Source: an uncultured Acidobacteriota bacterium (GTDB lineage Bacteria; Acidobacteriota; Thermoanaerobaculia; Gp7-AA8). Taken from it: 64,000 bases of DNA. Made by a program: the position numbers and the translations under genes. Below are positions 1 through 8,595 of this stretch, piece by piece (the first letter of the stretch is position 1; every line of letters starts with the position of its first letter). The stretch covers positions 384,001 to 448,000 of the forward strand of contig CAVUKB010000004.1 in assembly GCA_963741955.1 (NCBI GenBank), given 5' to 3'. The notes under the pieces were generated by a model. It saw nothing but the letters and a program-made list of their open reading frames with translations, did no database searches and was not told the DNA's origin.

Positions 1-448
1 CCTCGACGGCGTCGCGACCGACGTCACGGACCGAATCGTTCCGGAAGAGGAGTCCTGCGGCGAGAATCGCGAACGAGATCTGCTCGGCCCGTCCGCCGCC
101 GAACTGAGTGACGGCGCTCGAGAGGCGGCTGGTCCGGTCGCCTCGCGCGTCGCGGACGTCGTCGAAGATCGCCTGATCGTTCGCCATGACCGTCCCGAGG
201 ACCAGCGCGCCGCCGCCGAGCTCCGCCCACCCGCGTGAGTCGAGGCGGGAAGGGACGGTGACGATGGAGACGAGATCCTCCCGGTAGCGGGTGGCCTCGT
301 GTTTCACGGCGCGCCACGCGCGTCGTGGAGGAGACGGCGCCGCGGTCGAAGCGTCTCCGAGCGGAGGTGCAGTCGAAGGTTGGGCCGCGAACGCGCCGGC
401 GGGCCCGACCGAAAGGCTCAGGAAAAGGACGATCAGCCTGGTTCTCAT
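1..448 (-). CDS. Probable PAP2-family phosphatase membrane protein, 5' part only (runs off window start)
   Basis: Not in the ORF track. Manual minus-strand translation from ATG at 448 is open to position 1: MRTRLIVLFLSLSVGPAGAFAAQ...WAELGGGALVLGTVMANDQAIFDDVR...FGGGRAEQISFAILAAGLLFRNDSVRDVGRDAVE. Signal peptide plus an N-terminal region resembling PAP2-family proteins; catalytic motifs would lie outside the window. Confidence 0.55.
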   Translation of the reverse strand, partial: MRTRLIVLFLSLSVGPAGAFAAQPSTAPPLGDASTAAPSPPRRAWRAVKHEATRYREDLVSIVTVPSRLDSRGWAELGGGALVLGTVMANDQAIFDDVRDARGDRTSRLSSAVTQFGGGRAEQISFAILAAGLLFRNDSVRDVGRDAVE

Positions 449-566
449 CACGAAATCCGGCGTGAATTATGCTGCATCCGATTAAGATACCGATACACGA
501 CGCCCGGCGAACCGCAGGAACGGAATTGTCATCGGGCCGTCATCCGGAAGAGAACTCGGAACCAGG

Positions 567-1703
567 GTGTTTCGGCGGGTACACCATCAGGAGACATTTT
601 TGAAAGTTGCCGGGAAGAAACTCAACGTCATCAACACGCTGTTCCTCACTCTGACTCCACTGGCGGCCGCGATCGCGGTGCCGTGGTCGATCGCCCATTA
701 CGGGCTCGGCCTTGCAGAGTCGCTGATTTTTCTTGCGCTGTGGCTGGCGATTGCCGTCTCGGTCACCGCCGGATACCACCGCCTCTTTGCTCACCGGGCG
801 TACGAGGCACGCTGGCCGGTCCGGCTCTTCTTTCTCGTCTTCGGCGCCGGAGCACTCGAGAATTCGGTGCTCGCGTGGGCCGCGGATCACCGCGTGCATC
901 ACGTTCACGTCGACAAAGAGCAGGATCCGTACAACGTGAAGAAGGGCTTCTGGTGGTCGCACATCGGATGGATCTTCTTCGATGTCGACAAGCCCGAGCT
1001 CGACGGCGTGCGCGACCTGTCAAAGGATCCGCTGGTCGTCTGGCAGGACCGGAACTACCTCTGGATCGGACTCGGCGTCGCGTTCGGAATCCCGGCGCTG
1101 GTCGGAGTCCTCACAGGCTCGCTCGTGCAATGCCTGATCTTCGGAGCGATCCTCCGGATCGTGGTGACGCATCACGTCACGTTCTTCATCAACAGCCTCT
1201 GCCACATGATCGGCGGCCGGCCCTACAGTCTGCGGCACAGCGGGCGGGACAGCACCATCATGGCGGCCCTCGCGTTCGGTGAGGGATACCACAACTACCA
1301 TCACACGTTCGCCTACGACTACCGCAACGGCGTCAAGGCGTGGCACTTCGATCCGGCAAAGTGGACCATCTGGGCCCTCTCGCGGTTCGGACTCACCTCG
1401 AACCTCCGTCGGGCACCGCGTGCGGTGATCCTGCGCGCCAGGGTCGAAGTTCAGTTCGAAAAAGCGCAGCTCCGGATGCAGAAATGGAACGCCGCGGTGC
1501 GCAAGCTTCACGAGAGCCGGGTCTACGAGGCCTACGAACGGATGCAGAACGCGATTCAGGAGCTTCTCGCTCAGCAGCAGCCTTCGAAGGAGAAGCTCGC
1601 TCCGGTCGTCGACATCCGGACTCCTCACATCCGCAGCGCAATCCGGGACTGGAAGGAAACGATGCGCATGACCCGGCGGATGGCGCGCCAGCGCGCCGCG
1701 TGA
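567..1703 (+). CDS. Delta-9 type acyl-CoA/lipid fatty acid desaturase
   Basis: Three His boxes (HRLFAH, HRVHH, HNYHH), FGEGYHNYHH and DPAKW motifs, TM helices. Confidence 0.92.
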   Translation: MFRRVHHQETFLKVAGKKLNVINTLFLTLTPLAAAIAVPWSIAHYGLGLAESLIFLALWLAIAVSVTAGYHRLFAHRAYEARWPVRLFFLVFGAGALENSVLAWAADHRVHHVHVDKEQDPYNVKKGFWWSHIGWIFFDVDKPELDGVRDLSKDPLVVWQDRNYLWIGLGVAFGIPALVGVLTGSLVQCLIFGAILRIVVTHHVTFFINSLCHMIGGRPYSLRHSGRDSTIMAALAFGEGYHNYHHTFAYDYRNGVKAWHFDPAKWTIWALSRFGLTSNLRRAPRAVILRARVEVQFEKAQLRMQKWNAAVRKLHESRVYEAYERMQNAIQELLAQQQPSKEKLAPVVDIRTPHIRSAIRDWKETMRMTRRMARQRAA

Positions 1704-1752
1704 TTCAGGCCTCCGCACCATAACCGGGAGCGAAATTCCGTGAATGTTCTAT

Positions 1753-1857
1753 CGGGACGATCCTCGTATTTCGCACCGGGGAGGGGGGCGCGGGACGCCG
1801 CCCTGCATCGGACGGGACGTCCAACCCACGACAGTGGGTCGCGCGTCTCGCGCGAGG
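1753..1857 (-). repeat. Solitary inverted fragment of the ~219-bp REP/BIME-like unit arrayed at 45670-47410
   Basis: GCGCGGGACGCCGCCCTGCATCGGACGGGACGTCCAACCCAC-gaca-GTGGGTCGCGCGTCTCGCGCGAGG is the reverse complement of the array's unit junction. Confidence 0.9.
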
Positions 1858-1922
1858 TTCCGGGTTAGAATGGGGGCGAATCGCCGGCCCGCGTCGGAGC
1901 CCGGCCGTCTCGAGGATCTCGA

Positions 1923-2174
1923 ATGACTCGTTGCACCTGCGGACACCCCGAGAATCTGCATCCGCTCACGCATCCGTGCTTTGAAGAAGTCCGGTACGCG
2001 AACGAGGAACTTCCGTGCAGCTGCCTCGACTTCGTTCCCTCCGCACAACCGGCGATCTGTGCTGCCTGCAGTCATCCTCGAGACAAGCACCAGGAGCTTC
2101 GGCGGTGCCGGTCGACGGAAGGCGGCGGTTGCTTCTGTTCGGGGTTTCAGGCGGCCGTTCCCGTGCGGGCCTGA
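1923..2174 (+). CDS. Small Cys/His-rich putative metal-binding protein (83 aa)
   Basis: GAGGA SD upstream; two internal copies of C-x(1,2)-C-x-H-x4-H-x5-C-xn-C-x-C-x2-F. Confidence 0.65.
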   Translation: MTRCTCGHPENLHPLTHPCFEEVRYANEELPCSCLDFVPSAQPAICAACSHPRDKHQELRRCRSTEGGGCFCSGFQAAVPVRA

Positions 2175-2246
2175 CGTCGCGAAGCCGATCGCTCAGCTGC
2201 GGCTCGACTCATCCCGCGCACCGCTCTCCCCGAAACGTGCCCCCTC

Positions 2247-3449
2247 TCACCCCCGCGGCTCCGTTCCCCGCAGCAAGGCCTCCATCTCGTCGCTCCGTCG
2301 CGAGCGCATCTTCGCCTCCTCGGCGGTGATCGTCCCGTTCCGCACCAGCGTCGCCAGAGACTCTTCGAGCGAGATCATTCCCTGCCGCTTTCCGAGCGTC
2401 AGCTCCGACACGAGCTGCGGCAGCCGGTTGTGCCGGATGTGGTTGCGCACGGCGTAATTCGCGACGAGCACCTCCACGGCCGGGACGCGCCCGTGCCCGT
2501 CCGCGGTCGGGACGAGCTGCTGAGCCACGATCGCGTTCAGTGCGAGTGAGAGCTGGTGACGGATCTGGAGCTGCTGGTTCGACGGGAAGACGTCGACGAT
2601 CCGGCTGATCGCCTGCGCCGCGTCGCCGGTGTGGAGGGTGGAGAAGATCAGGTGTCCCGTCTCCGCGGCGGTCAGCGCCGTCGACATCGTCTCCAGATCC
2701 CGCATCTCCCCGACCAGGATCACATCGGGGTCCTGCCGGAGCGCGGCTCGAAGTGCTCCGGCGAAGGTGGGAGCATCACGGCCGATCTCGATCTGCTCGA
2801 TGATCGAACGGCCGTTCTGATGCTCGTACTCGATCGGATCTTCGATGGTGATCACGTGACGTGCCCTGCTGCGGTTGATCTCTCCGATCATCGCCGCGAG
2901 GGTGGTCGATTTTCCGGCGCCGGTCGGTCCCGTCATCAGAACGAGTCCGCGGTTCGGAACCGTGAGCTCTGCGAGCGCGGAGGGGAGTTGCAGCTCGGCG
3001 AGAGTCGGGATCTGCTGCGGAAGGAGTCGGATCGCAGCGGCGGGTTTGCCGCGCTGTCGATGCAGATTGATCCGGAATCGAAGCTGCTGTGACTCGGATG
3101 CGATGCCGATCGAGAAGTCGGCGGCCCCCTCTCGCTCGAACTGCTCGAGGCTCCGCGGGGTCATGTGTGCAGTCACCATCCCGCGGATCTCGTCGGCGTC
3201 GAGAGAGTCGAGATCGGAGACTTTCATCTCTCCGTGGATGCGGAACACCGGCGCCACGTTCGGGATCAGCAGGAGGTCCGTCGCCTCGATCCGGTGCATC
3301 GCCTCGAGAATGGACCCGAGGCGTTGGTCGAACGGCTTCTCTTCGAGGGGGAGCGCGGAGATGGAGATCGTTCCGCGGTCGGGCTGATCGGTCCGATTCA
3401 GCTCGTCGACCAGGCGGTTGAGCTCGGGGTCAGGGCGATAGGTGGGCAT
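2247..3449 (-). CDS. pilT: PilT/PilU family type IV pilus retraction ATPase
   Basis: Walker A GPTGAGKST, TIEDPIE, LRQDPDVILVGEMRD, AAETGHLIFSTLH, AVRNHIR (AIRNLIRE-like). Confidence 0.9.
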   Translation of the reverse strand: MPTYRPDPELNRLVDELNRTDQPDRGTISISALPLEEKPFDQRLGSILEAMHRIEATDLLLIPNVAPVFRIHGEMKVSDLDSLDADEIRGMVTAHMTPRSLEQFEREGAADFSIGIASESQQLRFRINLHRQRGKPAAAIRLLPQQIPTLAELQLPSALAELTVPNRGLVLMTGPTGAGKSTTLAAMIGEINRSRARHVITIEDPIEYEHQNGRSIIEQIEIGRDAPTFAGALRAALRQDPDVILVGEMRDLETMSTALTAAETGHLIFSTLHTGDAAQAISRIVDVFPSNQQLQIRHQLSLALNAIVAQQLVPTADGHGRVPAVEVLVANYAVRNHIRHNRLPQLVSELTLGKRQGMISLEESLATLVRNGTITAEEAKMRSRRSDEMEALLRGTEPRG

Positions 3450-3661
3450 GCGTTCTCCTCTCTTCGGCTGAGACCGGACACATCCGGTGGAGGTTACGGA
3501 AGCGAAAGATCGCGTCCCCGGGCTCCGGGATCAAGTGACGATAACTATATGTTATTTGAAATATGAGTCCGCCATCCGTCGTTCTCGTTTTCCGCGTCGT
3601 GACGAAGGTCCAGGTGGAGTCCGCCTCCCGGCGGAGTGTCTGCGGCGAGAAAGGATTCCGA

Positions 3662-4069
3662 ATGCTCGAATTCGCTCCTGTTCTCCTGGTGGAAGACGAT
3701 GAAACGACACTGCAGTTCCTCGGCGGGGTGTTCAGGTACTGCGGAGTCGCAGACCCCGACGTGGCGGTCTCCCGCGCGGAAGCACTCGAGCGGATCACGT
3801 CCGAGGATTACGCAATGATCGTGCTCGACCTCGCCATCGGCGCCGACGCCGTCCTTCTTCTGGACGATCTGCGTGCAAAGGGATGCCTGGCGAACGTGGT
3901 GGTCATTCACCCGCAGCAGGATGAGCGGCCCGCGGCGAATCTCGACGGCGTATTCGCAGTCATGGAGAAGCCTCTCCCCCTCGATCAGCTCACTCTCGTG
4001 ATCCGTCGCTGTCTCGCCGGCTCTCGTGCCGGAGCGGAAGCTTCCGGATCCGCCGAAAACACCGCATGA
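3662..4069 (+). CDS. Single-domain response regulator (CheY-like receiver)
   Basis: VLLVEDD, IVLDL phospho-Asp and terminal KP motif. Start placed at ATG 3662 inside ORF 3563-4069. Confidence 0.75.
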   Translation: MLEFAPVLLVEDDETTLQFLGGVFRYCGVADPDVAVSRAEALERITSEDYAMIVLDLAIGADAVLLLDDLRAKGCLANVVVIHPQQDERPAANLDGVFAVMEKPLPLDQLTLVIRRCLAGSRAGAEASGSAENTA

Positions 4070-4178
4070 GCTGAGGCGGGTGACCCGGCGTGAATCCGGG
4101 CTGAGCCGGCTTGATCTCCGTCACGGTTTTCGTCCCGTCGCTTGTCACCAGGCGGGCGGCACATTAGGATCGACGTCG

Positions 4179-4901
4179 ATGACCGCTTCAGCCGCGGCGG
4201 AGCCGGTGTTCCGGGCTCGCGAAGTCTCGAAGATCTATCACATGGGAGATGTGGAGGTCCGCGCTCTCCGCTCCGTCAGCCTCGATCTTTTCCGCGGCGA
4301 GTTCGTCGTCCTCCTCGGCCCCTCGGGGAGCGGGAAATCGACGCTCCTCAACATACTCGGCGGACTCGACGTACCCACCACCGGTGAAGTCCGATTCGAG
4401 AACCACGATCTCTCGGTCGAAGACGACCGCGCTCTGACCAGCTACAGACGCGAGCACGTCGGCTTCGTCTTCCAGTTCTACAACCTCATTCCGAGTCTCA
4501 CCGCTCTGGAAAACGTCGCCCTGGTCACCGACATCGCCGATGACCCGATGCGTCCGGAGGAGGCGCTCGAGCTGGTCGGCCTCGGGGATCGCCGCAATCA
4601 TTTTCCGGCGCAGCTCTCCGGAGGCGAACAGCAGCGCGTGGCGATTGCGCGCGCGATCGCGAAACGTCCGGCGGTGCTCCTCTGTGACGAGCCGACCGGT
4701 GCTCTCGACTACGCCACCGGTCTGCGCGTACTCGAGGTTCTCGAGCGCGTGAACGAGGAGACCGGCGCGACGACTGCGGTGATCACCCACAACGCGTCGA
4801 TCGCCGCGATGGCGGATCGGGTGATCCGGCTCCGTTCCGGCGAGATCATCGAAGTCACGAGGAACGAGAAGAGAGCGCATCCTTCCGAGCTCTCGTGGTG
4901 A
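4179..4901 (+). CDS. ABC transporter ATP-binding protein (MacB/LolD-like)
   Basis: [34 protein letters not shown]. Confidence 0.93.
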   Translation: MTASAAAEPVFRAREVSKIYHMGDVEVRALRSVSLDLFRGEFVVLLGPSGSGKSTLLNILGGLDVPTTGEVRFENHDLSVEDDRALTSYRREHVGFVFQFYNLIPSLTALENVALVTDIADDPMRPEEALELVGLGDRRNHFPAQLSGGEQQRVAIARAIAKRPAVLLCDEPTGALDYATGLRVLEVLERVNEETGATTAVITHNASIAAMADRVIRLRSGEIIEVTRNEKRAHPSELSW

Positions 4902-4904
4902 CGC

Positions 4905-7268
4905 ATGCGCGCGCTCGACCGAAAGCTGTTCCGCGATCTTCTGCATCTGAGGGGTCAGGTCATCGCCGTAGCGCTGGTGGTGGCGTGCGGTATCGCGACG
5001 TTCGTCACCATGCGCAGCGCGTACGAGTCTCTCCTGGTGACCCAGAAGCTCTACTACCGGACCTTCCGCTTCGCCGACGTCTTCGCGCAGCTCAAGCGCG
5101 CGCCCGAGAGCGTGGCCCATCGCATCGCCACCATCCCGGGAGTGACCGGGGTCGAGACGCGCGTGATCCGGGACGTGAACCTCGACGTTCCGGGGCTGGA
5201 CGAGCCGGCGACCGGACGGCTGATCTCCATTCCCGAACAGCACCTCCCGATGATCAACGATGTTTTCCTCCGGAAGGGAAGGTGGATCGAGCCAGGCTCC
5301 CCGGACGAGGTGATCATCAGCGAATCGTTCGCGAACGCGAATTCGCTCGACGTCGGCGATGCGTTGTCCGCAGTCATCAACGGGCGCTGGCAGCGCCTCC
5401 GGATCGTCGGCATCGGCCTCTCGCCGGAATACGTGTACGTGATCCGCGGCGCGGACATCTTCCCCGATCCGAAACGATTCGGCGTTCTCTGGATGGGACG
5501 ACGTACCCTCGGTCCGGCGCTGAACATGGAAGGGGCGTTCAACGACGTCTCGCTCACCCTCGCTGCCGGAGCCGACGAACAGGAAGTGATCGAGGCGGTC
5601 GACCGGCTCCTCGAGCAGTACGGTGGGCTCGGTGCCTACGGACGCTCCGAGCAGGTCTCGGATCAGTACCTCTCGAACGAGATCGCAGGCGACCGGGTGA
5701 CCGGCACGGTGCTTCCTGCGATCTTCCTCGCCGTCGCGGCATTTCTGGTTCACGTCGTCCTCTCGCGCCTCGTGCAGACCCAGAGGGATCAGATCGCAGT
5801 GATGAAGGCCTTCGGCTATTCGAGCGCGCGGGTCGGGCTTCACTTTCTCGAACTTTCGATGGCCGCGGTGGTCGCCGGTTCGGTGCTCGGAATCGGGGCC
5901 GGGATCTGGCTCGGTTCCGGCCTGATGAAGGTCTACGCCGACTTCTTCCAGTTCCCGGTCCTCCAGTTCGTTCTTCGCCCGGTGGTGGTGGAGCTCGCAG
6001 TCGGCATCAGCGTCGTCGCCGCCGCGGCTGGTGCCTGGCTCTCCGTCAGGCAGGCGGTCGCGCTTCCTCCTGCGGAGGCGATGAGGCCGGAAGCGCCACC
6101 CGTGTTTCATCGCGGTCTGCTGGAGAGGATGGGAGTGTTCCGCCACCTCTCGACTGGAGCGCGGATGATCGTGCGGAACATGGCCCGCCGGCGGGCGAAG
6201 GCGATCCTTTCCGCCCTCGGTGTCGCGATGGCGGTCGGAATTCTCGTGGTGGGGCGCTACTCTTTCGACGCGATCGACCTGATGATGCGGATCCAGTTCG
6301 AGACCGTGCAGCGGGAGAATGTGACCGTTCCTTTCAACGAGCCTCGCGGTGAGGAAGCAGCGAACGACATTCGCCATCTTCCCGGAGTGATGCACGTGGA
6401 GACATGGCGCGTCGTTCCGGTGAAGCTGCGCGCCGGTCATCGCCGGAAACGGACTGGTTTGATCGGCGTGCAGCCGCAGCCGGAGCTCCGCCGGATCGTC
6501 GACCGTTTCGGCCGTCCGGTCTCGCTTCCTCCCTCCGGCCTGGTGCTCTCGAAATACCTCGCGGACGAACTGAAGGTCCGCCCGGGCGACACCGTCACGA
6601 TCGAAGCGCTGGAAGGGGAGCGGCGGACGAGGAACTTCCCACTCACCGGCGTGGTCGACGATCTGATCGGGACGAGCGCGTACATGGACATCCGCGCGGT
6701 GAACCACTTCATGGACGAGGGTCGCGTCATCTCCGGAACGTATCTGCAGGTGGACCCGCGGCGCATCAAGAGCCTCTACGGCACGTTGAAGCAGACGCCG
6801 GCGGTCGCCGGAGTTGCGGTCCGCGAATCGATGCTCGCGAGCTTCAAACAGACGGTGGCGGAGAATCTCTCCATCTCGAACACCATCATCATCTTCTTCG
6901 CCTGCGTGATCGCCGCCGGCGTGGTGTACAACGGAGCGAGAATCGCTCTGAGCGAGCGAGGGCGCGAGCTCGCGAGTCTGCGGGTGCTCGGGTTTTCCAA
7001 CGCGGAGGTCGGTACGATCCTCCTCGGCGAGCAGGCGATCATCACGCTCATCTCGATTCCGGTCGGGTGCACGATCGGATACTGGATGAGCGCGCTCGTC
7101 AGCCGCGCACTCAGTTCGGAGCTCTACCGTCTTCCGTTGACCATCAGCTCCAGGACGTACGCGTTCGCGGCTCTGGTGGTCATTTTCTCGTCGATCGTCT
7201 CGTCCATCGGAATCTACCTGAGAATTCGAAGACTGGATCTGGTGGAAGTGCTGAAGACGCGTGAGTAG
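4905..7268 (+). CDS. ABC transporter permease, duplicated MacB-PCD/FtsX architecture
   Basis: 787 aa with two periplasmic+FtsX halves (QIAVMKAFGYS; ELASLRVLGFS); ends LVEVLKTRE. Confidence 0.9.
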   Translation: MRALDRKLFRDLLHLRGQVIAVALVVACGIATFVTMRSAYESLLVTQKLYYRTFRFADVFAQLKRAPESVAHRIATIPGVTGVETRVIRDVNLDVPGLDEPATGRLISIPEQHLPMINDVFLRKGRWIEPGSPDEVIISESFANANSLDVGDALSAVINGRWQRLRIVGIGLSPEYVYVIRGADIFPDPKRFGVLWMGRRTLGPALNMEGAFNDVSLTLAAGADEQEVIEAVDRLLEQYGGLGAYGRSEQVSDQYLSNEIAGDRVTGTVLPAIFLAVAAFLVHVVLSRLVQTQRDQIAVMKAFGYSSARVGLHFLELSMAAVVAGSVLGIGAGIWLGSGLMKVYADFFQFPVLQFVLRPVVVELAVGISVVAAAAGAWLSVRQAVALPPAEAMRPEAPPVFHRGLLERMGVFRHLSTGARMIVRNMARRRAKAILSALGVAMAVGILVVGRYSFDAIDLMMRIQFETVQRENVTVPFNEPRGEEAANDIRHLPGVMHVETWRVVPVKLRAGHRRKRTGLIGVQPQPELRRIVDRFGRPVSLPPSGLVLSKYLADELKVRPGDTVTIEALEGERRTRNFPLTGVVDDLIGTSAYMDIRAVNHFMDEGRVISGTYLQVDPRRIKSLYGTLKQTPAVAGVAVRESMLASFKQTVAENLSISNTIIIFFACVIAAGVVYNGARIALSERGRELASLRVLGFSNAEVGTILLGEQAIITLISIPVGCTIGYWMSALVSRALSSELYRLPLTISSRTYAFAALVVIFSSIVSSIGIYLRIRRLDLVEVLKTRE

Positions 7269-7275
7269 GAGAAGA

Positions 7276-7338
7276 AGCATCGAGGATCTGAATAGCATCG
7301 AGGATCGAGCCATCGAGGATCGAGCATCGAGGATCTGA
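7276..7338. repeat. Short tandem repeat tract (CATCGAGGATC x4, heptamer-based)
   Basis: CATCGAGGATC at 7278, 7296, 7311, 7325; same motif as the tracts at 8560-8595 and 10313-10473. Confidence 0.85.
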
Positions 7339-7398
7339 GAAGTCCGAAGTGGCGGGGAACTGAGCCCCGAGCGATTCAATGCAGTGGGAGTGGATGTG

Positions 7399-8577
7399 AT
7401 GGCGAAGCGGATTTCGAGGAAGCAGTTCATCTGGGGAGGCGCGTTGATCCTGGTCGTGATTCTGATCGCGATCGCTCTGATTCCGGAGCGGATCCCGGTC
7501 GACACGGCGAACGCGGAGAAGGGAGAGCTTCTCTCGACGGTGGAGGACAAAGGCGAGACGCGCGTACTCGACCGATTCCTGATCACGTCTCCGACCGCGG
7601 GCAAGCTGCGGCGTATCGAGCTGCGCCCGGGTGATCCGGTGAAGGAGGGAGAGGTGGTGACCAGGGTGGACCCGGTTCCACTCGACGTGAAGAGCCGGCG
7701 TGAGGCGGATGCACGGGTCGAAGCGGCCCGCCAGGCGGTCGACGAGGCGGCAGCGGTGGTGCGGAAGGCCTCCGCGACGGCCGACCAGGCGGAGCGTGAC
7801 GCGAAGAGGGGAGAGAAGCTCGCTCGCGAAGGCGTGGTCTCGAGCGAGTCCGCCGAGCAGGCGCGGCTTTCTCTGATCACGGCGCGTCGCGACCTCGACG
7901 CCGCGACTTCCCGTGCGCGTGCCTCGCGATATCAGCTCGAAGAAGCGAGAGCCGCCCTTCTCGGAACTTCCGGGGGTCAGGCCTCCACTCCGATCGAGCT
8001 TCGCTCTCCGGTCTCCGGACGCGTTCTGACGATCCCGGAGCGGAGCGCTCGCGTAGTCGCCGCAGGAGAGCCGATCGCCTCGATCGCCAATCCGAGCCGG
8101 ATCGAGCTGGTGGTCGAAGTCCTCTCCGCCGATGCAGTGAAGGTCGATCCGGGTGACGAGATCATCGTCGAGGAATGGGGCGGAGACCGTCCACTCCACG
8201 GACACGTTCGCGAAGTGGAGCCCGCCGGATACACGAAGATCTCCGCGTTGGGAGTCGAAGAGCAGCGCGTCCACGTGATCGGAGATCTCGATCAGCCTGC
8301 GCCGGAGCTCGGAGATGCGTACCGTATCGAAGCGAAGATCGTCACCTGGCGAGGGAACGTGCTGAAAGTTCCGGTCAGCGCCCTCGCACGAGCCGGCGAT
8401 CGCTGGTCCGTTTTCGTGGTCGAGAACGGCCGCGCGCGCCGGCGACTCGTCGAGATCGGCCATCGCAACCAGACCGAAGCGGAAGTGCTGAAGGGACTCT
8501 CCCCCGGCCAGACCGTGATCGTGCATCCGTCGAACGACATCTCGGACGGAAGCAGGGTGAAGGCATCTGAGATCTAG
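7399..8577 (+). CDS. HlyD/MacA-family membrane fusion (periplasmic adaptor) protein
   Basis: N-terminal TM, lipoyl/coiled-coil hairpin, TKISALGVEEQRV, VEIGHRN, GLSPGQTVIVHP. Confidence 0.9.
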   Translation: MAKRISRKQFIWGGALILVVILIAIALIPERIPVDTANAEKGELLSTVEDKGETRVLDRFLITSPTAGKLRRIELRPGDPVKEGEVVTRVDPVPLDVKSRREADARVEAARQAVDEAAAVVRKASATADQAERDAKRGEKLAREGVVSSESAEQARLSLITARRDLDAATSRARASRYQLEEARAALLGTSGGQASTPIELRSPVSGRVLTIPERSARVVAAGEPIASIANPSRIELVVEVLSADAVKVDPGDEIIVEEWGGDRPLHGHVREVEPAGYTKISALGVEEQRVHVIGDLDQPAPELGDAYRIEAKIVTWRGNVLKVPVSALARAGDRWSVFVVENGRARRRLVEIGHRNQTEAEVLKGLSPGQTVIVHPSNDISDGSRVKASEI

Positions 8578-8595
8578 GATCTGAAAGGCATCTAG

